NCBI GenBank assembly: GCA_965369625.1
Contig: CBDUQW010000002.1
Coordinates: forward strand, 27,708 to 91,707
From: an uncultured Thermoplasmata archaeon
GTDB lineage: Archaea > Thermoplasmatota > DTKX01 > GCA-020343715
Reading direction: 5' to 3'
DNA: 64,000 nucleotides
In this document: positions 53,921 through 62,314 of the stretch, one piece after another
Position numbering within the stretch: position 1 is the stretch's first letter
Layout: every line of letters begins with the position of its first letter
Notes under the pieces: model-generated
Seen by the model: only the letters and a program-made list of their open reading frames with translations
Databases searched by the model: none
Told to the model about the DNA's origin: nothing
Program-made: the position numbers and the translations under genes

Positions 53921-55957
53921 TTGCGATCGAGATTCGGGGTAGACAGGGTCCGCCACCGTGGTTCGGAGGATCAGCGGGAGTACATCCAGCTCAGCATCCT
54001 CGCCGTCTTCATCGGGCTGGTGGTGGCCTTCATCGCCGTCCTGTTCCGCTACCTCATCGAGTTCATCTACGAATGGGTGTTCATCGGCGGCGGGGAGGCG
54101 ATGTCCTTCCTGGGTCCAGCCCAGTATGCCATCATCCCCGCCATTGGCGGCCTGATAGTGGGCCCCATCATTTACTTCTGGGCCCGGGAGGCCAAGGGCC
54201 ACGGCGTGCCCGAGGTGATGGACTCCGTCATCAGGTTCGGGGGCAGGATCCGGATGAGGGTCGTGGCCATCAAGGGTGTGACCGCCGCGATAACCATAGG
54301 CACGGGCGGTTCCTCCGGCCGCGAGGGCCCCATCATTCACATGGGCTCGGCCGTGGGCTCCAACGTTGGCCAGGCCCTCAAGATGACCCCCGCCCGGACC
54401 AAGATCCTCCTGGGCTGCGGTGCGGCGGCGGGCATCGCGGCCACCTTCAACACACCCATCGCGGGGGTGCTGTTCGCCATCGAGCTCATCCTCATGGAGT
54501 TCAAGACCCGCAGCTTCATCCCCATCGTCATATCCTCGGTCATCGCCACCCTGGTGGCCCCCGTTCTCGACGCCGGGATCGTGTTCATCCAGACGGGCGT
54601 CTGGTCCGACAACCCCTGGGCCTCCTACCCCGCCTTCGACGTGCCCATCTTCACCCTGGTGAGCCCCTGGGAGCTGGTGGCGTACCTGTTCCTCGGCATC
54701 ATCTGCGGGTTCCTGGCCCTCCTCTACATCAAGTCCCTGTACAGGATGGAGGACTTCTTCGACGATCTCAAGACCAAGCCCTGGGTCAAGCCCGCCATCG
54801 GCGGCCTTCTCCTTGGCGGCGTGGGCATCATTTTCCCCTGGGTCCACGGGGTGGGTTACGAGAGCGTCGAGGAGGTGCTCAACGGCAGGCTTGACATCGT
54901 CGCCAACCCGTACCTCATCGGCCTGATGGCGATACTGGCCCTGGTAAAGATCCTGGGCGTGAGCCTCACACTGGGTTCCGGGGGCTCGGGCGGCATCTTC
55001 GCCCCGGCACTGTTCATCGGTGCCATGGCGGGAGGCGCCTTCGGGGGGGTGCTGAACCACTTCTTCCCCGACAGCACCGCGATGTACGGCGCCTACGGCC
55101 TGGTGGCCATGGCCGCCGTGGTGGCCGCCTCGACCCGGGGCACCCTCACCGCCATCCTGATAATATTCGAGATGACCCGGGTGTACGAGATAATCCTGCC
55201 CCTGCTCTTCGCCTGCGTCATCGCCGACATGGTGTCGAGCCTGGGCTCCCCAGAGACCATCTACACCCGGAAGCTGCTCCGCCGTGGCGTGAAGATCGTC
55301 CACGACCTGGAGCCCAACGTGATGCAGCTGTTCTCCGTCAAGGACGTCATGGTCCAGCGGGAGGACGTGGTGACCATCGGTCCCGAGGACCAGCTCCACA
55401 AGGTGGTGGCTATCATCCGCCGGACGGGACACAACGGCTTCCCGGTCCTTGACGACGACAACAGGCTGGTGGGCATCGTTACCCACGAGGACGCAAGGAA
55501 CGCCCACAACCGGGGTGAGCTGTTCTTGAAGGCCAAGGAGTTCATGACAACGGACATGGTCTCAGTGACCCCCTACCAGACGGGCGAGGAAGCTTTGAGG
55601 GCCATGGGGGACCGGAGGGTATCCCACCTGCCCGTGGTGGACCCCTTCGACAAGGCCAAGCTGATGGGATGGCTCTCGAAGGGCGACCTGGTGTTCGCCT
55701 ACGAGGCCTACCACCGGAAGATGGAGGCCCCCTTCTGCGAGGACGATGATGGTCTGGCCGTCTGCGAGGAGGACGAGCTGACCACCGAGGACGTCCTGGA
55801 ACCCCCCAGCCTGCTGGAGCGGCTCTTCGGGAGGAAGGGAGACAAGGGAGACAAGGGCGGTCCCCCAGCTGACCAGGGAGTGGTCAAGGAAGGGGATGCG
55901 GAGGGAGAGATCGAGGCCTACGAGGTGCAGGCGGTCGAGGAGGAAGGGTCCGACTAG
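53921..55957 (+). CDS. ClC-family voltage-gated chloride channel / H+-Cl- antiporter with a C-terminal tandem CBS-domain pair.
   Basis: ClC selectivity motifs GSSGREGP, GIFAP and GxFxP-like segments. About 10 TM helices. C-terminal CBS pair (VKDVMVQREDVVTIGPEDQLHKVVAII...HNGFPVLDDDNRLVGIVTHED and TTDMVSVTPYQTGEEALRAMGDRRVSHLPVVD). Confidence 0.85.
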   Translation: MRSRFGVDRVRHRGSEDQREYIQLSILAVFIGLVVAFIAVLFRYLIEFIYEWVFIGGGEAMSFLGPAQYAIIPAIGGLIVGPIIYFWAREAKGHGVPEVMDSVIRFGGRIRMRVVAIKGVTAAITIGTGGSSGREGPIIHMGSAVGSNVGQALKMTPARTKILLGCGAAAGIAATFNTPIAGVLFAIELILMEFKTRSFIPIVISSVIATLVAPVLDAGIVFIQTGVWSDNPWASYPAFDVPIFTLVSPWELVAYLFLGIICGFLALLYIKSLYRMEDFFDDLKTKPWVKPAIGGLLLGGVGIIFPWVHGVGYESVEEVLNGRLDIVANPYLIGLMAILALVKILGVSLTLGSGGSGGIFAPALFIGAMAGGAFGGVLNHFFPDSTAMYGAYGLVAMAAVVAASTRGTLTAILIIFEMTRVYEIILPLLFACVIADMVSSLGSPETIYTRKLLRRGVKIVHDLEPNVMQLFSVKDVMVQREDVVTIGPEDQLHKVVAIIRRTGHNGFPVLDDDNRLVGIVTHEDARNAHNRGELFLKAKEFMTTDMVSVTPYQTGEEALRAMGDRRVSHLPVVDPFDKAKLMGWLSKGDLVFAYEAYHRKMEAPFCEDDDGLAVCEEDELTTEDVLEPPSLLERLFGRKGDKGDKGGPPADQGVVKEGDAEGEIEAYEVQAVEEEGSD

Positions 55958-55971
55958 GCCTGGACGTGGCG

Positions 55972-57441
55972 TTATTCTCGTATGGCCCTGGGCGAGAACA
56001 GCAGCAGGCACCCCAATATCTCGAGCCGACCCACCCACATCAGGAAGGCCAGCACGATCTTCGACAGCGCGGGCAGGTGGGCGAAGTTCTCCGCCGGCCC
56101 CACGTCGCCCAGGCCGGGCCCGACGTTGCTTATGGCGGTGACGGAGGCCGAGGCCGCTGTGACCAGGTCGGCGCCCTGCATGGCGAGGATGAGCATCCCT
56201 CCCGCGGCGAGGCCCAGGTAGAGCATCACGTAGGCGGCGGTGTTGGCCACCTGCCCGTCGTCGATGGTCACCTTGCCCAGCTTGACGTGGAACACGCCCC
56301 GACGATGGGTGGCGCGGTAGAACAGCACCCTGATGCTCTTGAGGATGATGAGCATCCTCAGCATCTTGATGGAGCCGCCGGTGGAGCCCAGGGTGCCTCC
56401 GAAGAACATCAGGAACAGCAGGATGAGCTGGCTGCCGAGGGGCCAGAGGTCGTAGTTCGCCGTGGCGTACCCCGTGGTCGTCGTTATCGAGATGACCTGG
56501 AAGGAGGCGAACCGAACGCTGTCGCCCAGGGAGTAGATGCCCCGGACGGCCAGGTCGCCGGTGATGAACAGGATGCCGAAGGCAATGATGAGCACGGCGA
56601 AGCGGAACTCTGGGTCCTTGAGGTACATGCGCCACTTGCCGCGCAGGACGTGGAAGTGGAGCACGAAGGAGGTCCCGCTGATGAAGGTGAAGGTCATGAT
56701 GGTCAGCTCGATGGCCGGGTTGTGCCAGTAGGCGATGGACGCATCGTGGGTGGAGAACCCTCCCGTGGGCAGGGTGGTGAAGGCGTGGTTGATGGCGTCG
56801 AAGGCCCCCATGCCCAGGAACAGCAGGATCAGGGCCTCCACCGCGGTGAACAGGACGTAGATGCCCCAGAGGAGGCGGGCGGTCTGGGCCATCCGGGGCG
56901 CCATCCGGGTCACCCTGTCACCGGGGACCTCCGCCTGCATCAGGAGGGGGTTGGCGCGGCCACCGAAGAACCGGGACAGGATGGCCACCGACAGCACGAT
57001 GACGCCCATCCCTCCCAGCCACTCGGTCAGCGAGCGCCAGAGCAGGATGCTCTTGGGCATGGTGTCCAGGCCGCTGAGGACCGTGGAGCCGGTCGTTGTG
57101 AAGCCCGACATGGACTCGAAGAAGGCGTCGACCCAGCCGCTGGTGAGGCTTCCCGGGATGACCACCATGTAGGGGATGATCCCGATGATGGCAAGCATCA
57201 GCCAGGCCACCGCCACGAGCACCATCGCCTCGGTGGTCCGGAGCTGCTCGTACTGGCGCTTCATGATGAGACGGAGGCCCAGGCCTCCCACGAAGGAGAT
57301 GATGAGGGGGATGCCGTAGGCCTGGAACAGCAATGCCCGGTCCTCGTTGAAGTACACCCCTGCCATGATGGGCAGGACGTAGGCGAAGGACATGCCCATG
57401 AGTACGAGGCCCAGCCCGTCCGCGATGACCCTGAACCGCAT
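55972..57441 (-). CDS. trkH: TrkH/KtrB-family K+ uptake transporter subunit (about 489 aa from ATG 57441).
   Basis: MRFRVIADGLGLVLMGMSFAYVLPIMAGVYF. Repeated M1-P-M2 units with selectivity-filter Gly motifs (TTTGYAT, GFSTHD, TTTGSTV-like). The 6-frame ORF extends to 57570, but the first 43 aa lack a TM segment or signal. Confidence 0.85.
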   Translation of the reverse strand: MRFRVIADGLGLVLMGMSFAYVLPIMAGVYFNEDRALLFQAYGIPLIISFVGGLGLRLIMKRQYEQLRTTEAMVLVAVAWLMLAIIGIIPYMVVIPGSLTSGWVDAFFESMSGFTTTGSTVLSGLDTMPKSILLWRSLTEWLGGMGVIVLSVAILSRFFGGRANPLLMQAEVPGDRVTRMAPRMAQTARLLWGIYVLFTAVEALILLFLGMGAFDAINHAFTTLPTGGFSTHDASIAYWHNPAIELTIMTFTFISGTSFVLHFHVLRGKWRMYLKDPEFRFAVLIIAFGILFITGDLAVRGIYSLGDSVRFASFQVISITTTTGYATANYDLWPLGSQLILLFLMFFGGTLGSTGGSIKMLRMLIILKSIRVLFYRATHRRGVFHVKLGKVTIDDGQVANTAAYVMLYLGLAAGGMLILAMQGADLVTAASASVTAISNVGPGLGDVGPAENFAHLPALSKIVLAFLMWVGRLEILGCLLLFSPRAIRE

Positions 57442-57615
57442 GTGTCCCACCCGATCGAACGCCGTTCCACCCTTGCTGGCGGAAAACCGCCAGCAGACCT
57501 CCAGAGGGGGCCTGGTATCCGGGCGAGCGATGCGAATGCCCCCATAAATACATTGCGAACAGGCTTCCAACGGCTGGAATCAACGTCTCCGGAACCCTCT
57601 TTACACCCCGCTGCG

Positions 57616-58839
57616 ATGGGGGTTCCGATGACCCCTGGCAACACCCTCGACGTGGCCGTGGTGGGAGCCGGTCCCATGGGTTCCCGCACCGCAGAGCTGC
57701 TGGCAAGGGCCGGCCTGGACGTGGTGGTGGTCGAGGAGCACGGGGAGGTGGGCCGCCCGGTGGCGTGCGCTGGCCTCCTCTCGAACAGGGTGTCCGAGCT
57801 GCTGGGTGAGGAGATTGCCGTCCTGAACCGTGCCAACGGTGCCCGCCTCCACGCGCCATCGGGCCACGTGGTGGCCTTCGACGCGGGGGGTCCCCGTGCC
57901 CAGGTGGTCGACCGGGCGGCCTTCGACCAGGCCCTGGCCCGCAAGGCCGTGGCCGCGGGAGCCCGCCTGGACATGGAAAGGCGTGTGCTCGAGGTCAGGG
58001 CCAGCTCCTCCGGGTGTGCCCTCGTGGTCCGGGACCTGGCCACCGCAGGGAACGCCAGGGAGGAGGTCCGATGCAGGGTCGTGGTGGGGGCCGACGGCCC
58101 CTCGTCCCTGGTGCGGCGCTCGGTGGGCATCCAGCGTCCCAGGCGCAAGCTGACGGGCTACCAGGTGGCCTTCGCATCCCCTGGGCCCATCGACACCGCT
58201 GTCGTGGACCTGTACGCGGGCCACGACGTGGCCCCCGGCTTCTTCGCGTGGGTCGTCCCCCACGACGACCACTCCGGCCTCGTGGGTCTGGCCCAGGAGC
58301 CTGGAGGAATGTCGCCGAAGGCCCGTCTGGAGGCCTTCATGGAGGGACCGGTCTTCAAGGGGGCGTTCCCCGATGTCCAGCCCCTCGCCACCTTCGCGGG
58401 CACCATCCCCATCGGCCCCATCAACAAGCCCGTCGCGGACGGCGTGGTCCTGGTGGGCGACGCCGCCGCCCAGGTGAAGGCGACCTCGGGGGGAGGCGTC
58501 TTCCCTGGCCTGGTGGCGGCCAAGCACGCCTCCGAGGCCATCGTGGACGCCCTGGGGAAGGGGGACCCCACGGCCCGGGCCCTCATGGCCTACCCCAAGG
58601 CCTTCGACAGGGAGGTGGGAGCGGAACTCCGGAAGGCGGCCCGCCTGCGGAGGTCGTTCGGGGTGATGTCAGACCGGATGGTCGACGACCTGATCGAGGC
58701 CCTGGACGACCCGGAGCTCCTGGACCTCATCGTCACCGAGGGGGACATCGAGTTCCCCTCCCGGCTCCTCCGGTCCCTCCTCCGGAAGTCCCCCCGCCTC
58801 GTCCGCATCGCCGGTCCCCTCTTCAGGGGCTTCTTCTGA
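57616..58839 (+). CDS. Geranylgeranyl reductase family FAD-dependent oxidoreductase (e.g. digeranylgeranylglycerophospholipid reductase), 407 aa.
   Basis: MGVPMTPGNTLDVAVVGAGPMGSRTAELLARAGLDVVVVEE (FAD Rossmann GxGxxG). GADGPSSLVRR and GDAAAQVKATSGGGV motifs are typical of GGR. The long 6-frame ORF 55966..58839 upstream of 57616 is antisense to trkH. Confidence 0.8.
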   Translation: MGVPMTPGNTLDVAVVGAGPMGSRTAELLARAGLDVVVVEEHGEVGRPVACAGLLSNRVSELLGEEIAVLNRANGARLHAPSGHVVAFDAGGPRAQVVDRAAFDQALARKAVAAGARLDMERRVLEVRASSSGCALVVRDLATAGNAREEVRCRVVVGADGPSSLVRRSVGIQRPRRKLTGYQVAFASPGPIDTAVVDLYAGHDVAPGFFAWVVPHDDHSGLVGLAQEPGGMSPKARLEAFMEGPVFKGAFPDVQPLATFAGTIPIGPINKPVADGVVLVGDAAAQVKATSGGGVFPGLVAAKHASEAIVDALGKGDPTARALMAYPKAFDREVGAELRKAARLRRSFGVMSDRMVDDLIEALDDPELLDLIVTEGDIEFPSRLLRSLLRKSPRLVRIAGPLFRGFF

Positions 58840-60189
58840 ACCGTCTCCGATGGTATCCGCGTCCACCCCGTGGTCCGGGATGTCGTCCTCCACGTTGCGG
58901 ATGCTCTTGACGAAGTAGGCCAGGAGGCCGATCACGATACCGATGATCCCTATGATGAAGATCATCAGGCCCATCCCCGCCCCGGGCCCCGACCCGAAGA
59001 GGACCTCCAGGGGCCCTGTGGCGTCCTCCATGAAGGGCTCGAAGACCTTGTCCGCCAGGGGGCCAGCGATCATCAGGGCGGGGCCCTGGCCCACCAATGC
59101 GATGAAGAACCGGGCCGAGAACACCCTGCCCTGGAGGTCGGGGGGGACCTTGGACTGCCAGATGGACTGGCTCGCGGCGAAGACCAGGGGTCCTAAGACC
59201 GAGAAGATGAACACCCCCACCGCCCATCCGGGGATCCACACGTCCAATCCCAGGATGAGGGCGCCCACGAACGAGAGGGTCAGTCCGATGATGAGACCCT
59301 TGATCTTGCGCTTGAACCCTCCCCATATGGAGACGACGGCGCCACCGACGATGCCTCCCATGCCGCCTATCAACATGACCGTCCCGAGGATGACCTCGTT
59401 GTTGCCTGTCTTCACCAGGATCATCGGCTGCATCAGCACCCATGCCATCACCCCGACGAAGTTGGAAGCGGCGAAGGTCAGCAGCAGCCCCAGCAGGCCC
59501 TTCCGGGCCCTGATGTAGCGGAAGCCGAATGTGAGGTCGGCCTTCCAGTCGGCCTGGGCCTCCTTCCCCTCCTCGGACCTCTTGGGCTCGGGTATCGGGA
59601 TGACGAGCAACGTGCCGATGGCCACGAAGAAGGTGATGATGTCGATGACGAGGATGCCACCGAGGCCTATGGGCCCGATGAGGACGGCGGCGGTGATGGG
59701 TGCCATCATCTCCGATATCGACCAGCCAAGGGAGATCAGGCCGCTGGCCCTGCCGTAGTGCTTCTTGGGGACCAGCAGGGTCGTGGCTGCGGAGAGGGCG
59801 GGGAACTGGAAGGCCCGGAAGACATCCCCGAAGGCCAGGAGCACCAGGATGTAGATGAACTCCAGGTTGTCCGTCATGTACAGGACGAGTATCCCGAAGG
59901 TCGAGGCCGCCGCGATGGCGTCGGTGATGGCCATTATCCATTTGCGGCTGTAGCGGTCGACGATGACGCCGGCCAGCGGGGCGAGGACGACCGAGGGCCC
60001 GAAGGCGGCCAGGAAGAGCAGCGAGACCGATGTGACCTCGCCCGTCTCCTCGAAGATCCAGACCATGATGGCGAACATGGTCATCCCCGAGCCGAGGATG
60101 GAGGCGACCTGGCCCGACCAGATGACGAGGTAGTTCCGCATCTCGCCAACTGCCTTGAGCTTAGAGCGGAATCCATCGCCTTCGGTCAT
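58669..60189 (-). CDS. MFS transporter (12 TM helices) with an about 80-aa acidic C-terminal tail.
   Basis: Typical MFS topology. The 3' end (58669-58839) overlaps the 3' end of the convergent geranylgeranyl reductase gene by about 170 nt. Confidence 0.75.
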   Translation of the reverse strand: MTEGDGFRSKLKAVGEMRNYLVIWSGQVASILGSGMTMFAIMVWIFEETGEVTSVSLLFLAAFGPSVVLAPLAGVIVDRYSRKWIMAITDAIAAASTFGILVLYMTDNLEFIYILVLLAFGDVFRAFQFPALSAATTLLVPKKHYGRASGLISLGWSISEMMAPITAAVLIGPIGLGGILVIDIITFFVAIGTLLVIPIPEPKRSEEGKEAQADWKADLTFGFRYIRARKGLLGLLLTFAASNFVGVMAWVLMQPMILVKTGNNEVILGTVMLIGGMGGIVGGAVVSIWGGFKRKIKGLIIGLTLSFVGALILGLDVWIPGWAVGVFIFSVLGPLVFAASQSIWQSKVPPDLQGRVFSARFFIALVGQGPALMIAGPLADKVFEPFMEDATGPLEVLFGSGPGAGMGLMIFIIGIIGIVIGLLAYFVKSIRNVEDDIPDHGVDADTIGDGSEEAPEEGTGDADEAGGLPEEGPEEPGGELDVPLGDDEVQELRVVQGLDQVVDHPV

Positions 60190-60270
60190 TCAAACCACCA
60201 CCCGGAACCCTACCTACGGGACCGGACACCGACACGAAGCACTGGCGTCATAAAAGGATGGCGGTCCACC

Positions 60271-61644
60271 TCAGGCGTCATCGTCCTCGAGGTCGTCGTC
60301 CTCGGCCTCCTGGTCGGCCCTGATGTCCTCGAGCCGCTGCCGCGCCAGCCGCTTCCGCTGCTGGTACTTGCCCGACCAGTACTGGAGCCCCTTCTTGAGC
60401 CGGGGGTACTGGTCCCCGTGCTCCTCGGCCAGGTAGAACACCACCGCCAGCACGCCCAGGATGATGCACAGGGTGATGAGGGTCGCCAGGGGCCAGAGGG
60501 GCACCGGGTCCTTGACGGAGAAGGAGGAGTCGGGAACGATGCCCGCGGTACCCAGCTGGTAGTACAGGTTGGTGTAGTCGAAGCCCTCCCACTGGTCCCA
60601 GGTGTAGTAGCCACGGGATTCCATGACGAAGGTCTCGTTCTCGTAGACGAACTCGATGCGGTGGCGCACGAAGTAGGTGCCCTTGGGCGTGTCCTCCTCC
60701 GTGGCGATGTCAAGCCGCACGGGCTCATTACCGCCCGGCGGGATGTCCGGCAGGAGGATCCTGTTGACGGGCTCCCCGATCCCATCGATGACGGGCACCG
60801 GGCCATCAAGGTCCTCGATGGGCTTGGACTCCTCGATGGTCGCCCACATGTAGAACTCCACCGTGACGAACACATCCGTGATGGTCATGTTGTAGCGGTT
60901 GGTGACGGTGAAGTTGTACCTGCCCATCTCCCCGGGCCTGATGACGGGGGTGGTGAAGTCGCCGAAGTCGGGGACCAGGTTGGGCATTTGCACGTACGTG
61001 AAATGCTCGGGGACGACGGTGAAGCCCGCCTCGGACACCAGGTAGTCGGTGCCGTTGGGATCCTCGCCGCTGCGGACCAGCTCGATGTTGTCAGCCCACT
61101 TCTGCTGGGTGAAGTGTCCCATAGACAACGCCTTTTCACCGACGGCGGTTAGGTCCAGGGAGACACGAATCCGGTAGTAACCGTGGTCCGCATCTTCCGG
61201 AACCACGACCTTCGGCAAGGTGATATCGATGGCGAGGTCGTTTTTCCATTCCTTGGTCGTCGTCCAGGAGAGCGATTCCACGGTCACGTTCAGACCCGGG
61301 GAGAAGAAGCTGAACTTGGGTGGAGGCCCATCGAGCTCATCGAGTTCCTTCTCCAGTCCGTACTCGCCCCATCGATAGATCTCGACAGTGATGTTGATAA
61401 CATCCTCCTTGTCATCCGACGAATTGATGATGAACCCAAAGAGGGTGACCTTCAGGATGTCGAACTCACCCACGGTCCCCACCTCGAAGGTCTCGTTCTT
61501 GAACATCACCACGGGATGGGTGTCGTCATCGCCGTACAGGTCCGCCGGCACCCGCGGGTCGATGCCGCCGTCCGAGAGGGCCACGAGGGGAAGGAACGCC
61601 ATGGCGAGGAGGAAGATGGCGACCGAAATAGAGGGGACCCTCAT
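60271..61644 (-). CDS. Type I membrane surface protein (about 458 aa from ATG 61644). Signal peptide, N-glycosylation sequons, C-terminal TM anchor and an acidic cytoplasmic tail.
   Basis: MRVPSISVAIFLLAMAFLPLVALS. NETF, NFTV, NMTI and NETF sequons. TM LWPLATLITLCIILGVLAVVFYL. Tail ...EAEDDDLEDDDA. Confidence 0.6.
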   Translation of the reverse strand: MRVPSISVAIFLLAMAFLPLVALSDGGIDPRVPADLYGDDDTHPVVMFKNETFEVGTVGEFDILKVTLFGFIINSSDDKEDVINITVEIYRWGEYGLEKELDELDGPPPKFSFFSPGLNVTVESLSWTTTKEWKNDLAIDITLPKVVVPEDADHGYYRIRVSLDLTAVGEKALSMGHFTQQKWADNIELVRSGEDPNGTDYLVSEAGFTVVPEHFTYVQMPNLVPDFGDFTTPVIRPGEMGRYNFTVTNRYNMTITDVFVTVEFYMWATIEESKPIEDLDGPVPVIDGIGEPVNRILLPDIPPGGNEPVRLDIATEEDTPKGTYFVRHRIEFVYENETFVMESRGYYTWDQWEGFDYTNLYYQLGTAGIVPDSSFSVKDPVPLWPLATLITLCIILGVLAVVFYLAEEHGDQYPRLKKGLQYWSGKYQQRKRLARQRLEDIRADQEAEDDDLEDDDA

Positions 61645-61866
61645 CGGGTTGCGAGAGGACCATCGGCGGAAATAAAGGCTTGGGTCCGGCCAGGCCCCAT
61701 GGGTGTCGTTGGTCCCTGCGACAGGGAGTGGCCAGGGCTTCCGATTATCCATTCTGATTATCTCTAACTGATAATAATGGGGTCGGAACGTTTATCTATT
61801 TCATTCGTTGTATCCGGGGGTAGTAGGCGCAGCCAGCGCACGCAAATTAGTAGACCGGGGTGTTGG

Positions 61867-62229
61867 ATGACTTCCCCCAATAAAGCGATCCGGGAAGTGC
61901 TGAACGAGCTTCGCAGCCTTGGCGAGGTCACCAACGCGGCCGTCGTCTCGCGGAGCGGGATGCTCATCGACGGGGACGCCCCGGACCACCTCCACATGGA
62001 GACCTTCGGCGCCATGATGGCGATCATGCTCGGTGCCGCCGAGACGGCCACCGCCGACTCCATCGACCCCCTCAAGCACATCGACGTGGAGCTGACCAAC
62101 TCCCACCTCATCATCACGGGAGCGGGGCAGCGGATCCTTCTGGCCTGCTTCATCTCCGACAAGGCCGCCATGCCCGAGGTGCTGCCCTTCGTCGAGGAGG
62201 CCGCGAAGCGCCTCAAGACCCTCGTGTGA
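61867..62229 (+). CDS. Roadblock/LC7 (MglB-like) domain protein, about 120 aa.
   Basis: AIREVLNELRSLGEVTNAAVVSRSGMLIDGDAPD...FGAMMAIMLGAAETA...IDVELTNSHLIITGAGQRILLAC is the classic Roadblock fold signature. ATG at 61867 within the 6-frame ORF 61777..62229. Confidence 0.75.
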   Translation: MTSPNKAIREVLNELRSLGEVTNAAVVSRSGMLIDGDAPDHLHMETFGAMMAIMLGAAETATADSIDPLKHIDVELTNSHLIITGAGQRILLACFISDKAAMPEVLPFVEEAAKRLKTLV

Positions 62230-62314
62230 GGTCATGCCGTGGGCTGTTCATTCTCTTGACCGTGCACCGTGGGTGCCGCTCGTGCCGCTCCCCCGTGTTA
62301 CCGACCGTCCTACC

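Noticed and set aside
55966-57615. Upstream 550 codons of the 957-aa ORF 55966..58839, and ORFs 56918-57859, 57261-58148, 57601-58527, 58014-58910 and 58823-59941.
   Set aside because: Antisense to trkH, alternative frames of the GGR gene, or antisense to the MFS gene. Arg/Pro/Gly-rich, with no domains.
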